Below, in pieces: positions 1 to 8,142 of a stretch of DNA of 64,000 nucleotides. The notes under the pieces were generated by a model that was not told the DNA's origin, made no database searches, and saw nothing but the letters and a program-made list of their open reading frames with translations. The DNA lies in assembly GCA_963764625.1 (NCBI GenBank), contig CAVXTH010000006.1, positions 64,001 to 128,000 on the forward strand, given 5' to 3'. This DNA is from Candidatus Krumholzibacteriota bacterium. Its GTDB lineage: Bacteria > Krumholzibacteriota > Krumholzibacteriia > JAJRXK01. A program made the translations under genes and the position numbers. The stretch's first letter is position 1. Each line of letters starts with the position of its first letter.

Positions 1-356
1 GATTCTCCCCAGCCCTGCGGGTGTACCTCGTCCCCTATCTGATCGTGTTTCCCATCGCTTTCAGTCTGAACCGTCTGGGTCAGCACTACGCCATCGATCC
101 TTCGGATGTCGCGCGTTGGAGCACCAGAATCGACGGGAATCCCTTTTGGCGGTGGATCTTCCTCTACTCGAATTACCATCTCGAGCATCACTACTTTCAG
201 AACGTGCCATTCTACAATCTGCAGCGTTTGAATCGAATTCTGTGCGAGTTCTACACGGCCCACGGCATTCCCAACTACGGTTATGGGCAGATCCTGCGAG
301 CGTGGTTCGTGGACAACGAGGCGCCGCACACGCGCTGGGCTTGCGAAAACGAATGA
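1..356 (+). CDS. fatty acid desaturase family protein, C-terminal part (5' truncated by window)
   Basis: Third histidine box NYHLEHHYF followed by PFYNL, and a preceding LGQHY motif, typical of membrane desaturases. Confidence 0.8.
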   Translation, partial: FSPALRVYLVPYLIVFPIAFSLNRLGQHYAIDPSDVARWSTRIDGNPFWRWIFLYSNYHLEHHYFQNVPFYNLQRLNRILCEFYTAHGIPNYGYGQILRAWFVDNEAPHTRWACENE

Positions 357-384
357 GGCCACCCAAATCCTGGGTGGCCTTTCC
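356..384. terminator. hairpin between convergent genes (possible bidirectional terminator)
   Basis: AGGCCACCCA-aatcc-TGGGTGGCCT perfect 10-bp stem; weak T tail. Confidence 0.55.
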
Positions 385-413
385 ATTTGATTCCCGAGCG
401 TTTTTTCGTGAAC

Positions 414-650
414 TCAGATCTTTACGCCCCGTGCCCGCATCTCGCGTAGCACGGTGGTGATGCCCTTCTTGGAGATGGTCTTCATACCCTTGGCGCTGAC
501 CGTGAGGCTGATCCAGCGATTCTCCTCGGGGATCCAGAAACGCTTCTTGTGCAGATTGGGCAGGAAGCGGCGCTTGTTCAAATTGTGGGCGTGGGAGACC
601 AAGTTGCCCGCCATGGGGCGCTTTCCCGTCACCTGACAGACTCGCGACAT
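414..650 (-). CDS. rpmB: 50S ribosomal protein L28
   Basis: [12 protein letters not shown]...[17 protein letters not shown]; GAGGAG RBS upstream. Confidence 0.98.
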   Translation of the reverse strand: MSRVCQVTGKRPMAGNLVSHAHNLNKRRFLPNLHKKRFWIPEENRWISLTVSAKGMKTISKKGITTVLREMRARGVKI

Positions 651-767
651 GATCGAAACTCCTCTTTTACCTGCTCGCGGCGGCTCTCTCGCCTCGGCGC
701 GCGATCGGGGGCTTGCTTTTCAGAACGCTGCGCGCGCTGATGGTTCTGCCCAGCCCAGCGGCCTACT

Positions 768-795
768 AGTATATCGATGTGGACGGCCTTGGCAA
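768..795 (-). promoter_or_regulatory. sigma70-type promoter for rpmB
   Basis: Minus strand TTGCCA-N16-TATACT. Confidence 0.6.
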
Positions 796-829
796 GGCTG
801 GGGAGCCTTCAGGAGCGCGTGAGAGGCGC

Positions 830-1261
830 TCAGTCGTCGCCAAAGGGGCTCGCCGGGCCCTTGCGCTGGAAGTTCTGGAAATCGTCGTCCAGGGCGCTAA
901 TTCGTTTTTTCTTCGCCGGCTCCTCACCCTCACGAAACAGGGATTCCAGCTTGGCCTGTTCCTGCGCCATCTTCTGGTCGAAGGCCTTGATGTCCTCCGC
1001 CAGCCCGCTGTCGTCCTCGGCCCTAGGAAGGGTCTCCAGTTTGAGATGGTCGCGGATCTCGTAGCGTTCGTCGTAGGCCGAACCCACCCGGACCAGGATC
1101 TCGTCTTCCACCAGCCCTCGAAGCAGAAAGCCGACTTTCTCGTTCGGCCAGCCCAGAAGCTCGGTAATTTCCTCGGCTTTGGGAGGGTGCTGCCGTTGAT
1201 GGGAAAGCATGCGGATGCAAGCCACTAGGAGATGTCCTTCTCGATACGGCACCTTGATCAT
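830..1261 (-). CDS. hypothetical protein with winged-HTH-like N-terminus and coiled-coil C-terminus
   Basis: GGAGGAG RBS before ATG at 1261; PKAEEITELLGW..EKVGFLLRGLVEDEILVRV resembles a wHTH. Confidence 0.6.
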   Translation of the reverse strand: MIKVPYREGHLLVACIRMLSHQRQHPPKAEEITELLGWPNEKVGFLLRGLVEDEILVRVGSAYDERYEIRDHLKLETLPRAEDDSGLAEDIKAFDQKMAQEQAKLESLFREGEEPAKKKRISALDDDFQNFQRKGPASPFGDD

Positions 1262-1399
1262 CAGCTCCTCCTTCCCTCCATACCGCAATGCTAGCTCCGA
1301 GTTCCTGGCCATGCCAAGCCCGAAGCGGCACCTCTTGCGCGGAATTCGGCCGAACACCTACTCTGAAGAAGAGTCCGGGGTTCTCCTGAGGAGGCAAAA

Positions 1400-3661
1400 T
1401 TGCAGCTCTTGGTTTGGCCGCTCCTGGCCCTCCTGACCCTGTCGCCCCCGGTGCTCAAGGGCGCGGATGAATGGCCGGCCGGCGCTCTCACGCCGCGGGT
1501 GGACCAACCTCCCTTGGTGGGGGAGGGACTCAGCCGCGGCGTCCTCCTGACGCGGATCGACAGCCTCACCACCCTGTATCGCGACGAGAGCCGCATCGAT
1601 CGCGGCCGCCTCGCCTATCGCATCGCCCAGCTCTATCTGTCGACCGGTTTGCTCAAGCACCACCGAATCGCTCTGGAGTATCTCGAATCCGCGATGCAGG
1701 CCGACTCCTCGCTCTTCGGCGCGCAGAGGTTACGCGCCTCCTTGGCACAGTCGATGAAGTACACCGGTCAGGCGCGTCGCTGGTACCTCGACCTGTGTCG
1801 CGCCTTTCCCACCGACGGGCGTGCGTGGCGCCTTTTGGGGGCCTTTCATTTCGAGCAAGCGCGGCGCGTCCTCGATCGCGATGAGTTCGAGACGGCGGCG
1901 CGCGCGTATGCCCGCGCGGTCCGGGTGGACTCGACCGACTGCCGTGCGCGGCTGGGTCTTTCCGCGAGTCTTATCGGCCTCGGCCGGTACGAGAAGCTCC
2001 CGGCCCTCCTCACGCCCGTCGTGGCGAACGAGTCGTTCGCGCAGTCTGCGCTCCTGATGCGCGCTGCCGCGGACCGCGCTCTGGGGGAGGAAGGGAGTTC
2101 CGCGGCCGATTTCGCGCGCGCTCTCCAGAACGCTCCCCCCGAGCTGCGAGAGACCTACCTGTACGGGCGCGAGTTTCTGGACAAGAGCGAGACCATCCAA
2201 CGCTTCGCGGCCCGGCTCGACCCCGAGCTCTTGAAGCAGGGAATGAAGGAAGTCGATCCCCACTGGAGAGACGAGGACGGTCTCGATCTCGGCAAGGCTC
2301 TGGGCGACAGTCTCGTTCTGCGGAGGGCCATCGAGGAATACTGGCGGGCCAACAACCCCTGGCCTTCCCACCTGACGAATCTGAGTCGGCTCGAGTACTG
2401 GCGGCGTCTGGTGGAAGCGGAAGTCCTCTTTGGCCGTCCGGAGGAAGGAGTGCCCGGCTATCGTCGCGAGCCGGGGGTGGCCTGGGTGCGCTGGGGACGT
2501 CCCGAGTCTTCGCTCTACCTACCCCCGGTCCATGGGGCGCGCTTGGATGATCTGGCCACCTTCGCCCTCGACCTGAACATGGCGTTGCCGCCGCCGGACG
2601 TTCCCCTGTGGGTTTGGGGTTATCGGGAGGGACCGTACCGCTTCGCCCTGGTGTTCCAGGACGTGGCGATGAACGGGAATTGGAACGCGCAGACGAGCAC
2701 CGCCAAGCGCCTTCGGCTCGCCAAGAGGGCCGCCCCTCTGGCCATCGAACCCCCCACGGTGCAGGCTCCCAGCTGCCGGATCTACCTCGCGTCCGCCGCT
2801 TTCTACCGGCCCAAGGGAGCCGCGACCCTCGAGAGTTATCTGGAGATCCAGAGCACGAGGCCGGACAGCTCGTTCTCCGCCGGCGAGCGAAACTTTCAGG
2901 TGGAGTACGGCATCTTCGACGCACAGGAGCGCCGCATCGAATATCGAAAAGAGGTTCTGGGAGTGAACGCTCGCCGGGGTGCCCTGCGCGAGAAGCTCGG
3001 CCTGTCCCCGCGGCAGGGGGACGACGATCCCTGGCTCGCGGAATTCGCAGCCGACCTGAAACCGGGACGCTACCGGATCGCGGTGGACGTGAGTGGGGTC
3101 GAAGGCAAAGACCACCAGGCGCGGCAGATCGCCCTGCTCATTCCCGAGCGCCCCACGCGCGAACTTTCGTTGAGCGATCTGCAGCTGGCCTCCACTTTCG
3201 AAGCTCTCCGGGACGGCAGTGAATTACCGGCCTCCATGGTGAAGCACGCGTTCGGTATTCTGCCCGTGCCCAGCGGAGTCTTTCCCCAGGCGGCCAAGAC
3301 GCTCTACGTGTACTACGAAGTCTATTACCTGTGCCGGGATCCCGAACAGAAGACGCATTTCGACGTTAGCTACCGGGTCTACCGCCGCAAGGACAAGGAC
3401 CACACGAGGGTTCTCACCCACCGCGTGGTTCAGGGCCTGAGCCCGGTCGATCCGCTTTCCCTGGGCTATCTCGAGGAGACGACCGCGGTATCCCCTCACG
3501 AGCACGTGGTGAAGGGGGGGATGGTGGACATCAGTGGATTGGAAGCGGGGCGCTACGTGCTGGAGGTGGTGGTGCGCGATCGAGTCTGCAAACAGGTGGC
3601 GCGTTCCTACGCTGCGTTCAGCAAGCAAAAAGGGCCGAACCCAGGAGCCCCAGTGGAATGA
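1400..3661 (+). CDS. secreted TPR-repeat / GWxTD-domain-like protein
   Basis: Signal peptide, TPR-like helices, EYWRRLVEAEVLFG...GYRREPGVAWVRWGRPE (GWxTD-type block), C-terminal LSLSDLQLA...YVYYEVY...LEAGRYVLEVVVRD; GAGGAGG RBS before TTG. Confidence 0.75.
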   Translation: MQLLVWPLLALLTLSPPVLKGADEWPAGALTPRVDQPPLVGEGLSRGVLLTRIDSLTTLYRDESRIDRGRLAYRIAQLYLSTGLLKHHRIALEYLESAMQADSSLFGAQRLRASLAQSMKYTGQARRWYLDLCRAFPTDGRAWRLLGAFHFEQARRVLDRDEFETAARAYARAVRVDSTDCRARLGLSASLIGLGRYEKLPALLTPVVANESFAQSALLMRAAADRALGEEGSSAADFARALQNAPPELRETYLYGREFLDKSETIQRFAARLDPELLKQGMKEVDPHWRDEDGLDLGKALGDSLVLRRAIEEYWRANNPWPSHLTNLSRLEYWRRLVEAEVLFGRPEEGVPGYRREPGVAWVRWGRPESSLYLPPVHGARLDDLATFALDLNMALPPPDVPLWVWGYREGPYRFALVFQDVAMNGNWNAQTSTAKRLRLAKRAAPLAIEPPTVQAPSCRIYLASAAFYRPKGAATLESYLEIQSTRPDSSFSAGERNFQVEYGIFDAQERRIEYRKEVLGVNARRGALREKLGLSPRQGDDDPWLAEFAADLKPGRYRIAVDVSGVEGKDHQARQIALLIPERPTRELSLSDLQLASTFEALRDGSELPASMVKHAFGILPVPSGVFPQAAKTLYVYYEVYYLCRDPEQKTHFDVSYRVYRRKDKDHTRVLTHRVVQGLSPVDPLSLGYLEETTAVSPHEHVVKGGMVDISGLEAGRYVLEVVVRDRVCKQVARSYAAFSKQKGPNPGAPVE

Positions 3662-3819
3662 AGCCCCTCCCCGCGGCACGGTTGGATGCGCGGGGTTCCC
3701 CCTCCCCCCGCACCAACAGGTGCCGCCCTCAGGATATGGGCGACCACCAGGGGCTCCTGGGTTCAGCCCAGGATAACCGGGTCCGATAATTGAACTTACT
3801 GAACCCGGCCTTGCTTGCT
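3620..3819 (-). ncRNA. candidate structured non-coding RNA (~200 nt), family unidentified
   Basis: Nested inverted repeats: 9-bp terminal stem, 13-bp 5' hairpin, 20-bp stem continuing into a long rod; G-U pairs favour the minus strand; U-tract at 3' end; upstream promoter-like site. Confidence 0.55.
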
Positions 3820-3822
3820 TCA

Positions 3823-3851
3823 GGTATACGACGCTCTCGATCGAACGTCAA
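3823..3851 (-). promoter_or_regulatory. sigma70-type promoter for the candidate ncRNA
   Basis: Minus strand TTGACG-N17-TATACC. Confidence 0.45.
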
Positions 3852-3957
3852 GTCTGCTTCTTTGCGAGCGGAGCTTCCCCTTGCCGCGGGCCCAAGCTCG
3901 TCGTAGAAAGGCAAGGGCCATTCGCCGGCATACCCCCCTTTTCGATGCGAGGCAACC

Positions 3958-5193
3958 GTGTCGCAGCGTTCAGTCAAATCGCTTCGCCATCGAGATTTCT
4001 ACCGGGACCTCGAGAAGCTCCTGACCCAGATCGATCACGCCCAGGGCTTCGAAGAGATGCTGAGTGATCTCCTGGAGAAGGTGATCAAGAGCTACGCCGA
4101 GTACATCGGGCTCGAATCGGCCCGCCTGTATCGGGACGAAGGTGACGCCTACGTGGTGCTGCGCTCCTTCGGTGCCAAGGGTACGCAGGTCCTGGGGTTT
4201 AAGGTGGACCGCGGCTACGAGGTCCTGCGCCAGCTCCCGCCGCATCAGACCAAGTTCTTTCCTCCCGACGATCCAGCGGTGAACCAGGAGCTGGAAAAGG
4301 CGCTGGGCGTACGCCAATTCGCGGCGTTCCTGGTGGGGCCGGCGCGTGACTACATCGCGGCCTTCGGTCTGAGCGATGATGCCGACATCCAGGAAGCCAT
4401 GCTGATTCTGAGCACGCTGCGGCACGCCATCGACACCCGCTTGCGCCAGAAAGATCTGGAGGGACAGCTGCTCGAAGCCCACTCGATCCAGACCAGTCTC
4501 TTCCCCGAACGGGCCGGCGAGTTCGAGGGCTACGAGATGACGGGTCGCAGCATTCCCGCCGACCAGGTCGGGGGCGATCTCATCGATTTTCTCCCCATCA
4601 GCGCCACTCTGATGGGCCTCGCGGTGGGGGACGCCTCGGGCCATGGCCTGCCGGCGGCCCTCCAGGCGCGCGACGTGATCACCGGGCTTCGAATGGGAGT
4701 GGAGAAGGACCTGAAGATCACCGCGGTCTGCGAGCGCCTGAACCGGGTGATCCATCGAAGCGGTCTCACCTCGCGCTTCGTGAGTCTTTTCTTCGGCGAA
4801 TTGGAACTCAACGGTAACTTCGTCTACGTCAATGCCGGGCACGATCCAGCTCTTCTCTTGCGCAAGGGGAAAAGAGGACAACTCTTGAAGTCGACGGGGC
4901 TCGTTCTGGGTCCGATGAAAGACATGGAATACCGTCGGGGATTGGTGAACCTGGAACCGGGGGACATGCTCGTCATGTACACCGACGGCATCGTGGAACG
5001 CCAGGGCCCCGACGGCGAGTACGGCCTGCCACGCTTGAGGGAACTCCTCCAACGCGGGTTGGAGGACGATCGGGGAGTAGAGGAGATTCTCGACGGCGTT
5101 TTCGACGACGTCAGTCGCTTCGGGCAGGGTCAGGAATGGGCCGACGACGTCACCATGATGATCGTCCGCCGCAAGATGCCCGCAGGAAAGTAG
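3958..5193 (+). CDS. PP2C/SpoIIE (RsbU-like) serine phosphatase with GAF-like N-terminus
   Basis: VGGD, GDASGHG, NAGH, YTDG and DDVT motifs. Confidence 0.92.
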   Translation: MSQRSVKSLRHRDFYRDLEKLLTQIDHAQGFEEMLSDLLEKVIKSYAEYIGLESARLYRDEGDAYVVLRSFGAKGTQVLGFKVDRGYEVLRQLPPHQTKFFPPDDPAVNQELEKALGVRQFAAFLVGPARDYIAAFGLSDDADIQEAMLILSTLRHAIDTRLRQKDLEGQLLEAHSIQTSLFPERAGEFEGYEMTGRSIPADQVGGDLIDFLPISATLMGLAVGDASGHGLPAALQARDVITGLRMGVEKDLKITAVCERLNRVIHRSGLTSRFVSLFFGELELNGNFVYVNAGHDPALLLRKGKRGQLLKSTGLVLGPMKDMEYRRGLVNLEPGDMLVMYTDGIVERQGPDGEYGLPRLRELLQRGLEDDRGVEEILDGVFDDVSRFGQGQEWADDVTMMIVRRKMPAGK

Positions 5194-5211
5194 AGGACGG
5201 AGGGACAATCC

Positions 5212-6036
5212 GTGGGATCCATCGTGGTCGTCATGCCGTTTTGGGGAATGGTCCCCGTGTATGGCCTCGCGTTCCTTTTGTACGCGTGGGCTTTCGCGAA
5301 GAATGACGTCGGCATCTATCGATGGGGCCGCATCGTTCTGGTGCTGGCCGGATTCGCTCACTTGCTCACCCTCTTGAACTTCGGGAGAGTTCGCGGAGAG
5401 TGGCCGCCGGTCAGCGGAGGAGAGAGCATGGTGATTCTCGCCAACTCCATCTCCTTCATCTACATGTACCTGGAGTTTCGTTCGCGCGCGCACGGATTGG
5501 GGATTTTCGCGACCTTCATCATCCTGGCCTTTCAGGTGGTGGGAAGCATCATCGGTCCCGCGCTCGAGGTTCCGGAGATCCTGCGTGGAGTGGGCTTCGG
5601 ACCGCACGTGGCGTTCAACATCACCGCGTTCGCTTCCTTCACCATCGCCGCCGCCACCGCTCTGACCTACGTGCTGCAGTACCGGCAACTGCGCAGCCTG
5701 CGTCCCGGGCCGCTGCTCTCGCGTCTGCCTTCTCTCGAGCAGCTCGATCACATGAGCCACCGTTCCACTCTCTTGGGATGGGTCTTTCTCAGCATGGGTT
5801 TGGTTCTGGGAGCCAAACTGGCCGAGCAGGTGTGGGGGAAGGCGTGGCAGTGGGATCCCAAGCAATGCACGACCTTGCTCACCTGGATGATCTTCGGATT
5901 CGCGCTCTTCTTGCGCCGCTTCCGCGCCTGGCAGGGGGGGAAGATGGCGACGGTGACCATCATCGGCTTTCTGTCCATCATTCTCGCGTTCGTTCTCTTC
6001 AACGGGCTGATGCCGTCAGTGCATCACTTCAGCTAG
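5212..6036 (+). CDS. ccsA: cytochrome c assembly protein (CcsA/HemX family)
   Basis: Multi-TM; LPSLEQLD and WGKAWQWDPK tryptophan-rich motif; directly upstream of hemA. Confidence 0.85.
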   Translation: MGSIVVVMPFWGMVPVYGLAFLLYAWAFAKNDVGIYRWGRIVLVLAGFAHLLTLLNFGRVRGEWPPVSGGESMVILANSISFIYMYLEFRSRAHGLGIFATFIILAFQVVGSIIGPALEVPEILRGVGFGPHVAFNITAFASFTIAAATALTYVLQYRQLRSLRPGPLLSRLPSLEQLDHMSHRSTLLGWVFLSMGLVLGAKLAEQVWGKAWQWDPKQCTTLLTWMIFGFALFLRRFRAWQGGKMATVTIIGFLSIILAFVLFNGLMPSVHHFS

Positions 6037-6044
6037 GAGGAGCC

Positions 6045-7313
6045 TTGCCGATCCTCCTCCTGGGACAGAACCATCGCACCGCTCCGGTCGAGCTTCGCGA
6101 ACAGCTCGCTTTCGACGACGAGAAAGTGCGTTCGCTGGCGACCCATCTGAAGGAGGACGAGGGGATCCGGGAAGCGGTCGTGGTGTCCACCTGCAACCGG
6201 ATGGAGATCTACGCGGTGGGAGACGATTCCGAGCGCGGCTTCGCCCGACTCGGCGAACTCTTGCAGCAGGTGCATGGAATACCTCTCGATCGGATCGATG
6301 GCTCCCTCTACCGCGCGACGGATGACGCCGCGGTGCGCCATCTCTTTCGGGTGGCGAGCGGGCTCGACAGCATGGTGTTGGGTGAAGGACAGATCCTCTC
6401 CCAGGTGAAGGCGGGGTACGCGGGTTCGCGAGACCTGGGGCTGAGCCGGGAGATCATGCACCGCACTTTCAATCAGGCCACCGCGTGCGGCAAGAAAGTG
6501 CGCACCGAAACCCGCATCGGAGAAGGCGCGGTCTCCGTCGCGTTTGCCGCGGTCGAACTGGCGAAGAAGATCTTTCAGGACCTCACCAAGGAAAAGGTCT
6601 TGCTGATCGGAGCCGGAGCCACCGGCCGCAAAGTGGCTCACCACATGAAGGTCTTCGGGGTGGAAGACGTGCTGGTGACCAACCGTACTCTCGAAAGAGG
6701 ACGGGCTCTCGCGGACGACCTGGGAGCTACTCTCGTTCCCTGGGAAAGTTTCGGCGCGTACCTGAGTGAGGTGGCCATCGTGGTGACCGCCGCGTCGGTG
6801 CAGAGGCCTCTCTTCACCCTGGAAACCGCGCAGCGGGCCCTGGAGGGACGCGGACGCCGTCCCCTGTTTCTCATCGATCTGGGGGTTCCCCGGAACATCG
6901 ACCCATCCATCAGCAAGAAGGCCGGGATCTTCCTTTACAATGTCGACGATCTCGAGAGCATCGTGGCGGAGTCGTCGGCGCGACGGCGCGGCGAGGCGGA
7001 GAAGGCCGAGGAGATCGTCGATGAACAGCTCTGCCTCTTCCTCGAATGGCTGGCTTCGCGTTCGATGACCCCGACACTGAAGCAGCTGCGCGAACGTCTG
7101 GAAGAAATTCGCGCCGCAGAAGTGGCCTTGGCGCGCAACCGGGTCGACGAGAAAGCGTTTACGGAGTTGGATCGGGTAAGCCATCGCATCGTGAACAAGA
7201 TTCTCCACACCCCGACCGTTCGCATGAAGGATGAAGTCGCCAAGGGCGAGGGGGCATCCATCATTCAGCACGTGCGGCACCTCTTCGGTCTGGACGACAA
7301 GTTTCTGCACTGA
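6045..7313 (+). CDS. hemA: glutamyl-tRNA reductase
   Basis: NHRTAPVELRE, STCNRMEIY, GLDSMVLGEGQIL, DLGVPRNID; AGGAGG RBS before TTG at 6045. Confidence 0.97.
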   Translation: MPILLLGQNHRTAPVELREQLAFDDEKVRSLATHLKEDEGIREAVVVSTCNRMEIYAVGDDSERGFARLGELLQQVHGIPLDRIDGSLYRATDDAAVRHLFRVASGLDSMVLGEGQILSQVKAGYAGSRDLGLSREIMHRTFNQATACGKKVRTETRIGEGAVSVAFAAVELAKKIFQDLTKEKVLLIGAGATGRKVAHHMKVFGVEDVLVTNRTLERGRALADDLGATLVPWESFGAYLSEVAIVVTAASVQRPLFTLETAQRALEGRGRRPLFLIDLGVPRNIDPSISKKAGIFLYNVDDLESIVAESSARRRGEAEKAEEIVDEQLCLFLEWLASRSMTPTLKQLRERLEEIRAAEVALARNRVDEKAFTELDRVSHRIVNKILHTPTVRMKDEVAKGEGASIIQHVRHLFGLDDKFLH

Positions 7314-7353
7314 ACGCGGCAGATCTCTGTTTCCGTCTTCGGGGAATGAGTCC

Positions 7354-8142
7354 ATGAGCGAGAGACTTTCCGGAATTCGTCTCTGGGTGACGCGTCCCGA
7401 GCCGGCCGCGCGGCGAAGCGCCCGAAGGTTCGAGGCGGAAGGAGCCTCTTGCTGGCTCGAGGCGACCGTCTCTCTACAAGCGGCAAGCCTACCGGCTCGG
7501 GATCGCGCGCAACTACGCGCCTTTCTTCCCGGATCGAGACTGCTCCTGAGCTCGGCCAATGCCGCGCGCTTCCTGGCGGACGCGGTCGCGTCGGACCGCG
7601 AGCTGCGGCAAGCGCTTCTTCAGCTTCCCGTGTCGGCGGTGGGGGAGAGTACGGCCCGACAGGCCCACTCTCTGGGGTGGCGCGTCGATCACGTGGCGTC
7701 GATTTCACTGGGAGTGGAATTCGCGCGTGAGCTCATGGACCGCGGAGCCATCCTGCGCGTGGTGCTTCCCGGTAGTGACCGGCGCCGCCCCGAGATCGAG
7801 ACCTTGCTGCGCGAGAACGGAGTCGAGGTGTTGCCCCTGTGCGTGTACCGCACGATTCCGGTGCGTTCGCTCTCCGCGGATCTCACCGAGGCTCTGACGG
7901 CCGGACAGTTCGATGCGAGCCTGGTGTATTCGCCGTCGGCCGTGCTGGGAATGCTCGCCGGCGCGCGCGCGCGCAAGCTGGATGCGGCGTGTCTTCCTCC
8001 ATGTCTGGCGCTGGGGCGAACCACCGGGGGAGAAGTCAAGGCGCAGGGTCTGCGACTGGCGGCCGCGCCCCGCGACCCCGGAGAAGATGCCCTGCTGGAG
8101 GCGGTGGTGGAGTGGTGGTCCAAGAGACGAGCGAACCCGTGA
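7354..8142 (+). CDS. hemD: uroporphyrinogen-III synthase
   Basis: WVTRP, SSANAAR, AVGESTA, VYRT and YSPSAV motifs. Confidence 0.85.
   Translation: MSERLSGIRLWVTRPEPAARRSARRFEAEGASCWLEATVSLQAASLPARDRAQLRAFLPGSRLLLSSANAARFLADAVASDRELRQALLQLPVSAVGESTARQAHSLGWRVDHVASISLGVEFARELMDRGAILRVVLPGSDRRRPEIETLLRENGVEVLPLCVYRTIPVRSLSADLTEALTAGQFDASLVYSPSAVLGMLAGARARKLDAACLPPCLALGRTTGGEVKAQGLRLAAAPRDPGEDALLEAVVEWWSKRRANP

Noticed and set aside
3620-3819. Calling the structured RNA SRP RNA (ffs)
   Set aside because: It has a GGAA loop and GTGCCGC but lacks the conserved CAGG/AGCAG internal loop
3970-5865. Long antisense ORFs (631 aa here; also 27389-29479, 41410-43182, 43004-44797, 59181-61334)
   Set aside because: Shadow ORFs opposite well-supported genes, expected from high-GC codon bias; no recognisable motifs
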